DNA of 63,751 bases, counting the filler, from Octopus bimaculoides (lineage: Eukaryota), in NCBI RefSeq assembly GCF_001194135.2. It is 9 parts of 8 records of this genome, joined end to end, with 100 filler letters (N's around TTAATTAATTAA, not from the genome) between each part and the next. Parts side by side here need not be neighbours in the genome. Positions count along the whole stretch, not along the records: positions 20,193 to 30,997 come from NC_068985.1; positions 31,098 to 39,345 come from NC_069002.1; positions 39,446 to 50,678 come from NC_069000.1; 6 more parts are not named here. One strand, written 5' to 3'. The notes beneath the pieces are model-generated. The model saw only the letters and a list, made by a program, of their open reading frames with translations. It searched no databases and was not told where the DNA came from. This document shows, piece by piece, positions 28,789 to 42,552 of this stretch (position 1 is the first letter of the stretch; the number at the start of each line of letters is the position of its first letter). Both the position numbers and the translations under genes were made by a program.

Positions 28789-29458
28789 GTCTGTCTGTCT
28801 GTCTATCTAATCATCTTTGTATCTCCCTCTACCTCTTTATATATATATATATATATGTCTCTCAAACTGTCTGTCTATCTGTCTATTTATGTTTACATAA
28901 ATATACATACACGCACAGATACACTCGCATACGCACGCGCGCACACATATATGCATATATATATGTGTGTGTGTGTTTGTGTTTTTGTGTGTGTGTATCT
29001 CTGTGTGTATTTGTGTGTGTATGTGTATGTATTTGTTAAATATTCAAAAATTATATTTTCACTGAAAGATATTAAATGACGAATGATAAATTCGATATTA
29101 AACGTTTCGTAGTATTTCAGTATTTATTAGGGTATACATGCACTGAGATATATCAATATATAATGATTAATTTTCGATATATTATGTTTCAGACACATTC
29201 TAAGACACATGCTAATACAAGATACGTTGATATGTTTATATGTATTCAGTTACGTATTTCATTATATAATTTACATTCATTTTCATTTATTTCAACAAAT
29301 ATTTGCTCTGTTTACAGAACATATGAATTCTATAAGGAACACAGTATGATTGGATTTATAAGCATAAATCATGCACTTCATATCATTTAGAGCGGAGAAA
29401 TCAGTAAATTCTTGGGGTGAGATGTATCAAGGAAGATTACCGAAGCAAGCCAAATTTC

Positions 29459-29963
29459 GGATCTATTTTAAAACAGGGGCCACATTTTTCATTAATGTTT
29501 TACGTAGTGTTTTTGGTACCGAAAGACTTTCAAATTTCGTATACTTATATATTTTGTGTTATAGAACAGAAAAATATTTTTGTATTCGAATTTATTTCAC
29601 GTAAAAAATCGTCTTATTTCGATAATTTCAACCAATCACTGACAAGTATTCAGTTGTTTACATTTACTCCTTTGGCTGATTAAGCGATGTAAAGCGTATT
29701 TAATCTCCATACCTTCGTTTTATTTGCTTTTTTCATTTTAAATTTGCTTTAACCCTAACCCTAACCCTAACCCTAACCCTAACAGTAGGGTTAGGGTTAG
29801 TGTTAGGGTTAAGGTTAATTGTTTCAGAATCGTTTGTTTATGTAGTCAGCACTCAATGTATATCGGCTGAATAGACGTCAGTGATTGACACATTCTACCA
29901 GTGTTCCAAGTTTCAAAGTGTTTCGTTAATGAAAAGTGTGGCCCCCGTTTTAAAAATAGATCC
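29459..29963 (+). mobile_element. MITE with GGATCT TIRs, 8-bp TSD and internal telomeric repeats
   Basis: TIR GGATCTATTTTAAAAC/GTTTTAAAAATAGATCC; TSD CAAATTTC at 29451-29458 and 29964-29971; (CCCTAA)5 then degenerate (AGGGTT)5. Confidence 0.9.
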
Positions 29964-30606
29964 CAAATTTCTAATATATATTATTTTGGGTTCTCAGTAG
30001 CACAGAATTTATTCAATTTATTTACAAAACACCTTATGTGTTTCAGTTTCTAACTTCAATCGTTGTCTCCATTGATATCATACTTGAAATGTCTCGAAAT
30101 ATGCTATAAACGTTGATTTCACAATTACAAAATTAGACGAAGGAATTAGCTATTATGTATTTAATTACTGATTTTCGAGAAGAATTTGTTGCCACGAGGA
30201 GCTCTCATGAAATCATAGTTACTTCAGTTCACGAGGGAAAATGTAATTAATAAATGAACTGGACAGATTCCACGCTGTTTACACGCTAAGAAAACGATCT
30301 TCACACGCTACAATACTGTAAACGCAGCTCCCTCACTGCCATAACTCGCAATGTATCAATCGCCCCAAGCTAGGAGAGAAGTGAAGGATATATCTATCTA
30401 TATAGCCACAAACGAATGTACGTGCGCTTATATCCTTCTAACTATGTTCCCGTGTACCATTTATAGACCAGTGTTTGTATACATGAATGAATACGCTTAT
30501 ATGTACATGCATAGGTGTATGCTTGTAAATGCAGGATATATGTATTTTTATGTACGTGCATACACATATATATGTACAAGCAAATGTGAATATATGTACG
30601 TACGTT

Positions 30607-30936
30607 AAGGCGGCGAGCTGGAAGAAACGTTAGCACGCCAGGCAAAATGCTTAATGGTATTTGTCTGCCGTTACGTTCTGAGTTCAAATTCCGCCGAGTT
30701 CAATCTTGCTTTTCATCATTTCAGGGTCGATAAATTAAGTACCAGTTACGCGCTGGGGTCGATGTAATCGACTTAATCCCTTTGTCTGTCCTTGTTTGTT
30801 CCCTCTATGTTTAGCCCCTTGTGGGCAATAAAAAAATAAGAAGCGTTAGCAAGCCGGGCGAAATGGTTAGCAGTATTTCGTCTGCTGTTACGTTCTGAGT
30901 TCAAATTCCGTCAAAGTCGACTTTGCTTTTTATCTT
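30607..30936 (+). mobile_element. SINE family A full copy plus tandem partial copy
   Basis: Head sequence restarts at ~30841. Confidence 0.88.
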
Positions 30937-30965
30937 ATGTGTATATATGTATATATATACATACG

Positions 30966-30997
<32 letters not shown>

Positions 30998-31097
30998 NNN
31001 NNNNNNNNNNNNNNNNNNNNNNNNNNNNNNNNNNNNNNNNNTTAATTAATTAANNNNNNNNNNNNNNNNNNNNNNNNNNNNNNNNNNNNNNNNNNNN

Positions 31098-31136
<39 letters not shown>

Positions 31137-31176
31137 CACACACACACAAGCATTTATGTATATACATCAGCATATA

Positions 31177-31212
<36 letters not shown>

Positions 31213-33054
31213 TGTATGCATGTTTGTATGTATATATGTTCGAATATATATATACATATATATAATAGCGAGAGAAAGCTAGAGAAATGCGGGGGGAGGA
31301 AGAGAGGAATAATATGTGTGAGTGTCTGTGTGTGTATGTGTGTGTGTGTTTAATTAGATACACTCACACACACAGCAGTCATTCAGGAAATATATTTATC
31401 TTACCCGAATTTGAAGCAAAAATATAATCATTATTAATATATTTTCATAATTTCACTGAAATCCAAAAAATTTCAACAAATTAAATTTGTAAAACTGTGA
31501 AACCTTAAAATTCCAGACCAATTCTCACAAAATATTTATTGGAGACAAATAATTTTAATAACTATACCAGTGTACATAAATTGTCGACAAACGGGTGAAA
31601 TACATAGTTATTAATTAGGATAATGTAATTAAGTGGTTCGTAGTCGCCGATTTTTTTTTCTTTTCTTTATAATATTTTCCTCATTATCTATATACATCGA
31701 AATTATACTATCAAACAAGTAACTATAGAAACTGTTGTATGTGTAGAATGCTGTGCGTGATAATTTTTATTTTATAATTATATTAATATACATGGATAAT
31801 TACATAACTGTGTTTGTATTTGTATCTCATACTTATTGAATAAATTGCCAAATTTAAATATATTGTAAAATTACTCTGGAGTATGTAAGTGGATATTGAC
31901 TTGGCTGCGGGGCGCTCACATTTGGGTTTATTTTCCAATTTCCTAATCAGCTTGGAAGAAACAGGCATACACACAAATGACTTCCGGCTATAATCACCTC
32001 CTCTTTCTGTGAAATATAGACCACTTAGAGCAACATTACTCAACAGGAGTGGAATGTGAATATGATTACTTGCAGGTCTAGCAACGGTATACGTATTTCG
32101 TCATTGACTTCTGCTTTTTGTGATTGTATAAACTAAAAACAATGTATTATACACATGTAATTAACTGTATGAATTAAGAGAATTATTTCTGTAGAAGATG
32201 TCATCAAAGTAAATCTTCCATCACCTCCTATCGAGCGATTGAAGTTAAAGTTTGTCACTAGTTAGGCCGGAGTTTCTCCAGTAACCCTGGCCTATAAGCG
32301 AGTCTAAAAATAAGACACCTCCTCTGTAAAAGGATTGCATTTCCATCATATGGTTACTCACTTCACCAGTTGTTACTGATGTTCATTCTCAACGAAGCGG
32401 GTTGGAGAAACGTGAAATGAAGTGCCTTGCTAAAAGGCAAAACGCGCTGCCGAGAAGCGAATTCACAACTTAACACCCGTGTATCAAAGCACCTTCGTAA
32501 CCAAGATGGCACTAGTTAACTAGATTATATACTCCTGTAGCATACCAGAGCCCAGTACATTCTTACGTAATTCACTATCAATCGCCATGCATTTCTCTTC
32601 TAAATTCATCATGTAATGATTCATGCACGTGTATTTGTATTTCAACTCCCAGCTAATAGATACGCTGATCGTATTCCTTCCACATGACTTCGCTGTACGT
32701 AACAACCAATTATCAATTAGGTTTTGCTGGTCCATTCTAGCATGGCATTAATAGTTACAAGTCAGTGATTAGGTATATTCTTCAGAGTAAAATTAGAATT
32801 CTACAGCTAGCAATTATTTCCTTAATTTACGGGTTTGACTTAGAAGTCACAACTCGTTTCAGCTATGTATTTTTTTATTCGTCATGACACACATAACATT
32901 TTCAAACCCATATATTATCGTCAAAAATAAGACTGGTAGGGGTTTAATTGTATAGAACATGATACATTATATCAGTATATTCTACAAGGGTATAGATTCA
33001 TATGTATACATGTATTGTAATAGCATAAAATACTAATATACTAATATATGTGTG

Positions 33055-33094
<40 letters not shown>

Positions 33095-33137
33095 TCAGTA
33101 AATAGTGGGGTTGTGTTAACCGCACGTGGAGAAATAA

Positions 33138-33376
33138 TAGGAAAATGAAAAGAAAGGCAGAATGCTAAACTGGAAGCATATTTTAATAAAGATTTCTAAA
33201 CTGGAAGCTTATTTTAATATATTGTTTTCTTCATTTTGTACATTTTCATTCTCCTTCTTGATAATTTGCTTTCGCAATGAAAAGCGGTTAGAAATCTTTA
33301 TTAAAATAATCTTCCAGTTTAGAAATCTTTATTAAAATATGCTTCCAGTTTAGCATTCTGCCTTTTTTTTCATTTT

Positions 33377-33380
<4 letters not shown>
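33138..33380. repeat. Foldback element with ~85-bp inverted arms and internal subrepeats
   Basis: TAGGAAAATGAAAAGAAAGGCAGAATGCTAAACTGGAAGC... vs ...GCTTCCAGTTTAGCATTCTGCC...CATTTTCCTA. Confidence 0.9.
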
Positions 33381-33410
<30 letters not shown>

Positions 33411-35500
33411 TTCCTTAGATCCTTTAAATTGTCTGGGCTTTAAAGCTGCGAACGGAGATTTGCACATGCAAATTTATCATACAGTTATTTACATCTTTCG
33501 TCTCTTAGAATTACGCACGTTTCAGTTGCAAACCGTTGCACAGGCCTAAGTGTGCATTTTGATGTTATTTATCGGTGCAGCATCCTCAGGACCATTTTTA
33601 CCGCTGTTCGAATATCATCTGAAGAAACTATGAGACTGAACTGAATAGGAGTTCCTTATTGGGTGTTAGTGTTACTATAAATAGTCGTGTTTCTTGTGAC
33701 CTGAAGATTGCCCCGGCCAGCTAAGTGTTTATGGCTGGGATTGGTTTTANNNNNNNNNNNNNNNNNNNNNNNNNNNNNNNNNNNNNNNNNNNNNNNNNNN
33801 NNNNNNNNNNNNNNNNNNNNNNNNNNNNNNNNNNNNNNNNNNNNNNNNNNNNNNNNNNNNNNNNNNNNNNNNNNNNNNNNNNNNNNNNNNNNNNNNNNNN
33901 NNNNNNNNNNNNNNNNNNNNNNNNNNNNNNNNNNNNNNNNNNNNNNNNNNNNNNNNNNNNNNNNNNNNNNNNNNNNNNNNNNNNNNNNNNNNNNNNNNNN
34001 NNNNNNNNNNNNNNNNNNNNNNNNNNNNNNNNNNNNNNNNNNNNNNNNNNNNNNNNNNNNNNNNNNNNNNNNNNNNNNNNNNNNNNNNNNNNNNNNNNNN
34101 NNNNNNNNNNNNNNNNNNNNNNNNNNNNNNNNNNNNNNNNNNNNNNNNNNNNNNNNNNNNNNNNNNNNNNNNNNNNNNNNNNNNNNNNNNNNNNNNNNNN
34201 NNNNNNNNNNNNNNNNNNNNNNNNNNNNNNNNNNNNNNNNNNNNNNNNNNNNNNNNNNNNNNNNNNNNNNNNNNNNNNNNNNNNNNNNNNNNNNNNNNNN
34301 NNNNNNNNNNNNNNNNNNNNNNNNNNNNNNNNNNNNNNNNNNNNNNNNNNNNNNNNNNNNNNNNNNNNNNNNNNNNNNNNNNNNNNNNNNNNNNNNNNNN
34401 NNNNNNNNNNNNNNNNNNNNNNNNNNNNNNNNNNNNNNNNNNNNNNNNNNNNNNNNNNNNNNNNNNNNNNNNNNNNNNNNNNNNNNNNNNNNNNNNNNNN
34501 NNNNNNNNNNNNNNNNNNNNNNNNNNNNNNNNNNNNNNNNNNNNNNNNNNNNNNNNNNNNNNNNNNNNNNNNNNNNNNNNNNNNNNNNNACTCGTATTAT
34601 AAACATAAAATTAAAATATTTCAGAATAAAATTTTATGGATGTGTATATTACAAAATAGTCGCTTGTCTTGCACGTGTGCAGCTTTAAGAAATGATACTA
34701 CATCAAGTCACTTGTTGAAACCAACTCCGAAATGAGATTCATTATTTGAAATAGTACTATGTTAATTAATGTTTAAATAATTGGAAAATATATTAAACAG
34801 CTAAGTGGCTATGTGATTCGAAATTACTTGTATTTCAGTTATCATTTATGTACTCCGATAGATTATAACTTAACAAATATTTTCAAATATATATATATTA
34901 ATATATTTCAACACATATCTATGCATACATATATGTGTATGCACTTTTTATGTATATATGTACGTATGTACATATATATGTATATTAGACAGTGTCTCAG
35001 TAATTTTCTCTTCAATATTCCTCATCACAGTATCAAGCTGACATTATGGCAAAGACAATTTGAAAACTGTAATTGATACCAAGTTGTGCAATAGAATGTC
35101 ATGCAATGTATTAAAATACTGAACGCTGTGTATAGCGCACATGTCACATTAGTTATTCATAACACTAGCAGTAAGGTTTTAATAATATATAGCTTCAAAT
35201 CAAAATTGGAAAATGTGCCATTGGAGCAAACTCACAATACAAAATCCTGTTGTTCTAGAGCCAAGAGTTTACCATTAATTACAATAGTCCATATCTTGCG
35301 TAGGAGATGACTAACAGGACTCAAGGAATATGAAATATTGATGTGATCTAAGAGTTGTGGGCCTACGGTATTGGAGAAAGAATAACATGCTCACATTCTA
35401 ACAAAAGATAGTAAAGAAATATTTGTGACCTGTTAACATCTTTGCATTGATATAAACATACATATATACATACATATCAGTACATATAAACATCTATACA

Positions 35501-35537
<37 letters not shown>

Positions 35538-36825
35538 ACACACACACACANNNNNNNNNNNNNNNNNNNNNNNNNNNNNNNNNNNNNNNNNNNNNNNNNN
35601 NNNNNNNNNNNNNNNNNNNNNNNNNNNNNNNNNNNNNNNNNNNNNNNNNNNNNNNNNNNNNNNNNNNNNNNNNNNNNNNNNNNNNNNNNNNNNNNNNNNN
35701 NNNNNNNNNNNNNNNNNNNNNNNNNNNNNNNNNNNNNNNNNNNNNNNNNNNNNNNNNNNNNNNNNNNNNNNNNNNNNNNNNNNNNNNNNNNNNNNNNNNN
35801 NNNNNNNNNNNNNNNNNNNNNNNNNNNNNNNNNNNNNNNNNNNNNNNNNNNNNNNNNNNNNNNNNNNNNNNNNNNNNNNNNNNNNNNNNNNNNNNNNNNN
35901 NNNNNNNNNNNNNNNNNNNNNNNNNNNNNNNNNNNNNNNNNNNNNNNNNNNNNNNNNNNNNNNNNNNNNNNNNNNNNNNNNNNNNNNNNNNNNNNNNNNN
36001 NNNNNNNNNNNNNNNNNNNNNNNNNNNNNNNNNNNNNNNNNNNNNNNNNNNNNNNNNNNNNNNNNNNNNNNNNNNNNNNNNNNNNNNNNNNNNNNNNNNN
36101 NNNNNNNNNNNNNNNNNNNNNNNNNNNNNNNNNNNNNNNNNNNNNNNNNNNNNNNNNNNNNNNNNNNNNNNNNNNNNNNNNNNNNNNNNNNNNNNNNNNN
36201 NNNNNNNNNNNNNNNNNNNNNNNNNNNNNNNNNNNNNAGAGCGAGAGAGAGAGAGCGAGAGAGAGAGATAGAGAGAGAGAGCGAGAGAGAGAGAGCGAGA
36301 GAGAGAGAGAGACAGAGAGAGAGAGAAAGAGATTCTCATATAGCTATATAGATGTGGTATAAATATACACTTGTATACACATATCAATACATACACAATA
36401 TTCTAATTTTGGAACACTAGCGTTTTAGAGAATATGAGCGTTTCGTTGCAAATTCGAAGTATTGTGAAATTGTGTGGATTTCGTATTCAAATCTGATCGC
36501 TATATCATGAAACATCTGCTGTTTTTCAGGAAAGTGGGATTCAGTAATTAGAGAGCGCTCAAAGCAAATTGTATAACTAATTGTAAACAACCAGCGAAAA
36601 CAGTCTCGACGTACCTCTAGGAATATTTATTTTCTACGTCTGAGATCCGAAATTATATAACAAATGAAATTCATATGGCTGCCAAAGTTCACGCTGATGA
36701 CATTCGGAAAGGAGGATCATGTGACGATTAAAATGGGAGAAAATATTACAAATTGTGAAGATAATAACTGATGCCGACAGTTAGTGATGTATCAGTGTAT
36801 AGCTTAACTATGTTGCTGTGTTTAA

Positions 36826-37044
36826 CCGTTTAGCGTTCACATTACTCTGCCAAATGTAAACCTATTTATTCACATTGTTTTGAATTAATCATGCATTTTC
36901 TCATAGTTTTGAGTAATTGATTGTAAGAGTGTTTATTTTTTTAATGACACTGTAGGGCAGGTGTGAGAGGCTTGATCCGGCCAGTTTGAACATAAAACAT
37001 GTAGAAAATGTGGGCCGCATATGGCTCGTACAAATGCTAAAGTG
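36826..37044 (+). mobile_element. piggyBac-like MITE
   Basis: TTAA at 36822-36825 and 37045-37048; TIR CCGTTTAGCGTT/AATGCTAAAGTG; second copy at 19799. Confidence 0.75.
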
Positions 37045-38319
37045 TTAAGAGTGAGAGAGTGGGAAAGCAGAGAGATAAACGAGAGAGAGTCAAAGAGAAG
37101 AAAGAGAGAGACAGAGAGAGAGGAAGGAGAGACAGATATAGGAAGCAATTGTAAAGAAGGGGGATAGACTACAAAGAAGCGATTGCGACAGTTTCATCTC
37201 AATCGAAGAACGACGTGTTTAGGGTTGTAGTTTTTAAACACCTCATAAACTGCGAAAACTTGAATGATCTTAATCCGTTCGGTAAATTCCTCATGATTAC
37301 ATTATGTCTGTATTTTGTATTGCGTTGGGTGATAATTTGAGAAAAGAATCATTCTGTTGCTTCTTTGATTTAAAATTATTGTTTTTGTTTATTTCTTTTT
37401 TTTTTCTTTTTTTTTGTGTTGTGGTAATCCAAGTTAGAATCGATATTAAACCGTGTTAGGAATCAATAATTTGTTGTTTAATATCTTGAAAATTCGAGAA
37501 AGAAAATAACACAATTGTAACTGGCGCGTAAAAGTAAGGCCCTAAGAACTAAAGGCCTTTTGGTCTTATGCTATTCATTTATTCAACCGGACTTGACTTT
37601 GTATATATTCCTGCTTAAATCGACTAAATAAGTTAACCATTCCTCTACTAAACTCGAATCGCTTCCATGCATATTTACCTCCAGATGCTTACGTGTGAAA
37701 TCGATATTATCAACAAGATCGAATGCTAGAAATAGTACCGGGGGGCTCATTATAAATCAAGTAACATAATAAATCCTTAGTTTTAACTATTCACTAATGA
37801 TATTTGCGAAATTACTTTTAGGAAATTGAAATTCCATTCTCTTCGTTTTTATAGATTCTTTTTTACTATTTATGAGAAAAATGCATTAAAAAATAGTAAC
37901 TTTGAGGGTGAAGACATTACGAAATATTTCTTAGATTTAATATTTCTTAGTTGCTTTGCAATTAATATTCAAGAGCGAAATTACTTTCGTTCAGTGTTTC
38001 GCAAAAATTGCTTACAGTTTTAAACCATCCCCCACCAGAAGATTTATTTACCGTTACTTCCATTCTAGATATCCTTATTATGGCCAGATTTAGCAACGGT
38101 ATTATTTTAATCATCATTACAGTAAGGTTATACTCTTTTTCTAGTCAAAACAATGTAGATGTGTCTTCTTCTTCTCCTTTTCTTCTTCTCCTCCTCCTCC
38201 TCCTCTGTCTTTTCTTCTCCTTCTTGTTATTATCATTATTATTATTATTGTTGGTAGGAGTAGAAGTAGTAGCAGTAGCAGCAGCAGCAGTAGGAGGAAG
38301 AAGAGGAGGAAGAGGAGGT

Positions 38320-38373
<54 letters not shown>

Positions 38374-38455
38374 ATTTGTCCGCAACGGACAAACTACACA
38401 TCAGCATTTCTTCCGGCTCCACTTTCTGAGTTCAACTGCCGCCATGGTCTGTTTT

Positions 38456-38673
38456 AAGGTGACGACCTGGCAGAACCTTTACCAGGTCGGGTAAAATGCT
38501 TAGCGATATTTCGTCCGTTCTTACAATTTGAGTTTAAATTCCACCGAGGTCGACTTTGCTGCTCATCTTTTCGCGGTCGATAAATAAAGTACCACTTGAA
38601 GACTGGAGTCGCTGTAATCGATTCATCCCCTCTCACCAAATGGCTGCCCTTTGTGGAAAAATTTGAAGCCATT
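38456..38673 (+). mobile_element. SINE family A copy
   Basis: Colinear. Confidence 0.8.
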
Positions 38674-39256
38674 ATTATAATTGTGTTGTTGTTATAGTTG
38701 TTTTTGTTGAGTGAGAGAGCAGAACTAGCCACCAAAGTGACACCGGAGTACACTATGTTTTAAACCCCATATCAGATACATGCACCACAACTATATGTGT
38801 GCGATATCATGACCTCATAAACAGTGCATGACCCTGCAGATGGTCGAGTAGCCCATTGCGCTCATGTGGTTCCTGAATAGGGGTTCTTTAGCGACGATGA
38901 ACGAAACACCCTTGTTTCCTGGGGTGAATTATTCAAATCCAAAGAAACCCTTTCAACACATGACTATCATCCATCCCCAACCCCATTTGCTCATCGTCGG
39001 CATCAGAGACGCACATATCATCAACCACTAAGGGACATTCTCAACTGGTTAAAGTCAAGCAATGGACAAACAAATCCGGGGCACTGAGCAGATTGCTTTC
39101 GCTGTCGCCCATCTTTTACAGAAAGACAAAACATCTACGTTAACATCAATTAACATCAAAAGCCATGAGACCCACCGCTTGATGTTATTATTACTAATGT
39201 CCTTCACCCTGGTGGCAAATAAGAGAAAGCATTATTATTATTGTTGTTGTTGTTGT

Positions 39257-39344
<88 letters not shown>

Positions 39345-39444
39345 TNNNNNNNNNNNNNNNNNNNNNNNNNNNNNNNNNNNNNNNNNNNNTTAATTAATTA
39401 ANNNNNNNNNNNNNNNNNNNNNNNNNNNNNNNNNNNNNNNNNNN

Positions 39445-39697
39445 NTGTGTGTGTGTGATTAAGTGTGTGCCTTTGTGTCTGTTTGTCCCACCCCCCTCAC
39501 TGTCACTTGACAACTGATGTTGGTGTGTTAACGTCCCTGTGACCTAACAGTTCGGCAAAAGAGACCGATAGAATAAGTAATAGGCTTACAAAGAATAAGT
39601 CCTGGAGTCGATTTGTTCGACTAAAAAAAAAAAGAAACCTTTAAGGCGGTGCTCCAGTATGGCCGAAGTCAAATGAAACAAGTAAAAGAATAAAGGA
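39445..39697 (+). mobile_element. SINE B/C tail module
   Basis: GTTCGGCAAAAGAGACCGATAGAATAAG...GGCGGTGCTCCAG. Confidence 0.85.
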
Positions 39698-40309
39698 ATA
39701 TATATATTCGATTAGATTGGTTCAGTCCACTGCAGGACGAGGGCCTCAGCCTGTTCACTCCACCAACCACGGTCTGAATGTGGAGGTCATACTAGTTTTG
39801 GTGAGCCTACTCTTGCCGCACTGGTTAGATATATACATGTACGTAACTTCTCGATTCAACTCCTTCTGCTCTCTTCTACTCTTCTCTTTCTTTCCCCCTC
39901 TCTCTCGTTCGCTTTCTCTCTCTTTTCATCTTTCGTTTTCCCCCCTTTATATCGCATTTTCCCTCTCCCCATCTCTCTTTCTCAGTGGCAATGACCTGCG
40001 CCTCCTTTTCATTTACTGTCATGTCTTCATTTACCAACTCTCCACTCAATACTATTACAGTAAGTAAAGCATGATGATGCAACAGTAGCGCGTACTCTAT
40101 TTATAACATTGAAGCATAAACACAAGTAAAATGATTAAATAAAAAAATAAAAAAAGTAAACATAAAATAAAAGGTAAAACAAAAAAAAGCATAAAAGATT
40201 AACGCGTCTACAAAATTTACAAAACAAATAATGACCCAAACCAGTCTATCAACACAGGCAAAGTCTGTGTATGAGTGTCTTTGTGTGTATGTGTTGTGTG
40301 TGTGCGCGT

Positions 40310-40352
<43 letters not shown>

Positions 40353-40566
40353 TATATACACAAATACACACACATACGTATACAGTAGTATTGTGTGTAT
40401 GCGTGTATATATATATATATATATATATATACATACATACTTACACACACACACATATATATACATACATACTTACACACACACACATAGACAGACAACA
40501 TATACACACACACACAAACACACTACATATACACACAGATAAACATACGCACGTGCACACACAGGC

Positions 40567-40610
<44 letters not shown>

Positions 40611-41097
40611 GTGTGTATACAATCACAGATAGATATATATATATATGTGTGTGTATGTGTGTGTGTATACATTCATACATGCGTGCATGCACTCACACGC
40701 ACACACATACACAGACAGACAGACACACACATACATACGCGCACGCGCATGCATACACAGTCATATGGACAGTCAAACACACATCAATGTAAATACAACT
40801 TGCACTGCCAGACACTACTTTCAACAGATGGCGCTGGAGACTTGCACGATCTCGCCTTCTCTCAGCTACTTTTTTTCCTCTGACACCGAGATGCATTATT
40901 GTTTCTAACGGGATGTCCGACTTATTTGGGACCTTGACAGGTGTTACTAATGTGGGTTAGAATCGACTTGGGAACAATAATGGGTAAGAAGTGGTTCCAC
41001 ATTCCTTAATCCCTGGAACTCGCAAACTAGAACCCCACTACCGGATGCAGTTTAATGTCATACTCAACACACACACACACACACACACACGTAAATA

Positions 41098-41277
41098 TAC
41101 GAGGGGGTAAAAGAAAATATAGGAAGATCAGTTAATTATGATTTTATTCAACGTATTCCCCTCTCAGATTCACACGCTTATTGCAGTGGTCCTTCAGTTT
41201 TTCTGAGCTCTGTAAAAGAACTCGGAAGGTTGGGCGTCCAACAGGCCTTTTGCAATGCCTTTAAAGCCAGGAACTTT
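41098..41277 (-). mobile_element. Mariner-derived MITE fragment
   Basis: TA-CGAGGGGG terminus; minus strand encodes KLKDHCNKRVNLRGEYVE* (mariner C-terminus). Confidence 0.75.
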
Positions 41278-42552
41278 NNNNNNNNNNNNNNNNNNNNNNN
41301 NNNNNNNNNNNNNNNNNNNNNNNNNNNNNNNNNNNNNNNNNNNNNNNNNNNNNNNNNNNNNNNNNNNNNNNNNNNNNNNNNNNNNNNNNNNNNNNNNNNN
41401 NNNNNNNNNNNNNNNNNNNNNNNNNNNNNNNNNNNNNNNNNNNNNNNNNNNNNNNNNNNNNNNNNNNNNNNNNNNNNNNNNNNNNNNNNNNNNNNNNNNN
41501 NNNNNNNNNNNNNNNNNNNNNNNNNNNNNNNNNNNNNNNNNNNNNNNNNNNNNNNNNNNNNNNNNNNNNNNNNNNNNNNNNNNNNNNNNNNNNNNNNNNN
41601 NNNNNNNNNNNNNNNNNNNNNNNNNNNNNNNNNNNNNNNNNNNNNNNNNNNNNNNNNNNNNNNNNNNNNNNNNNNNNNNNNNNNNNNNNNNNNNNNNNNN
41701 NNNNNNNNNNNNNNNNNNNNNNNNNNNNNNNNNNNNNNNNNNNNNNNNNNNNNNNNNNNNNNNNNNNNNNNNNNNNNNNNNNNNNNNNNNNNNNNNNNNN
41801 NNNNNNNNNNNNNNNNNNNNNNNNNNNNNNNNNNNNNNNNNNNNNNNNNNNNNNNNNNNNNNNNNNNNNNNNNNNNNNNNNNNNNNNNNNNNNNNNNNNN
41901 NNNNNNNNNNNNNNNNNNNNNNNNNNNNNNNNNNNNNNNNNNNNNNNNNNNNNNNNNNNNNNNNNNNNNNNNNNNNNNNNNNNNNNNNNNNNNNNNNNNN
42001 NNNNNNNNNNNNNNNNNNNNNNNNNNNNNNNNNNNNNNNNNNNNNNNNNNNNNNNNNNNNNNNNNNNNNNNNNNNNNNNNNNNNNNNNNNNNNNNNNCAA
42101 CAATAGCTTAAGTGTTTTCCAATACATAAAATGAAAATATTTGTCTCAGTAATAAATTTAGTGTTTTCCCGAGCTAAAAGGGAAGTCTATTTACATTTAA
42201 AAAAAATATATATATACAAATTTTTATATTTATAAAATAAATCAACGTATTATCTGGAAATAGTTTATCAAATCTCTCATTATGTATTACAAATTACAAA
42301 CGACTCTAATATCTTTCAGTTATGATTCAAACCAGGAAGTGTGTAACATCACAAAAATTCAAGTAAATGATAGACATATTCGTGTTTTACTGTAGCGGTC
42401 GTAGTTCTTAGAAGGGAGAAAATCTTTTCTTCTTATAATCTGGTGGGATTAGAAATTTGAATTTCTATAAGAATAAAACAAGTATATGAAATAGAATGCA
42501 TAGATTTCATATATTTGATTTTTTTTTCTAGTTTACCGTTATTTATCTATCT

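Noticed and set aside
29753-29818. Chromosome end or telomere-fusion relic
   Set aside because: Array lies inside a TIR- and TSD-bounded MITE with other copies
31783-32043. Minus-strand 86-aa ORF as a coding exon
   Set aside because: No recognisable domain and no neighbouring exons
33656-36396. Long ORFs spanning N gaps (also 10478, 15709, 41230, 42990-44082, 46341)
   Set aside because: Open only because N codons are not stops
40821-40835. CTCF-like motif TCAACAGATGGCGCT
   Set aside because: Single short match; such motifs are common in transposon remnants
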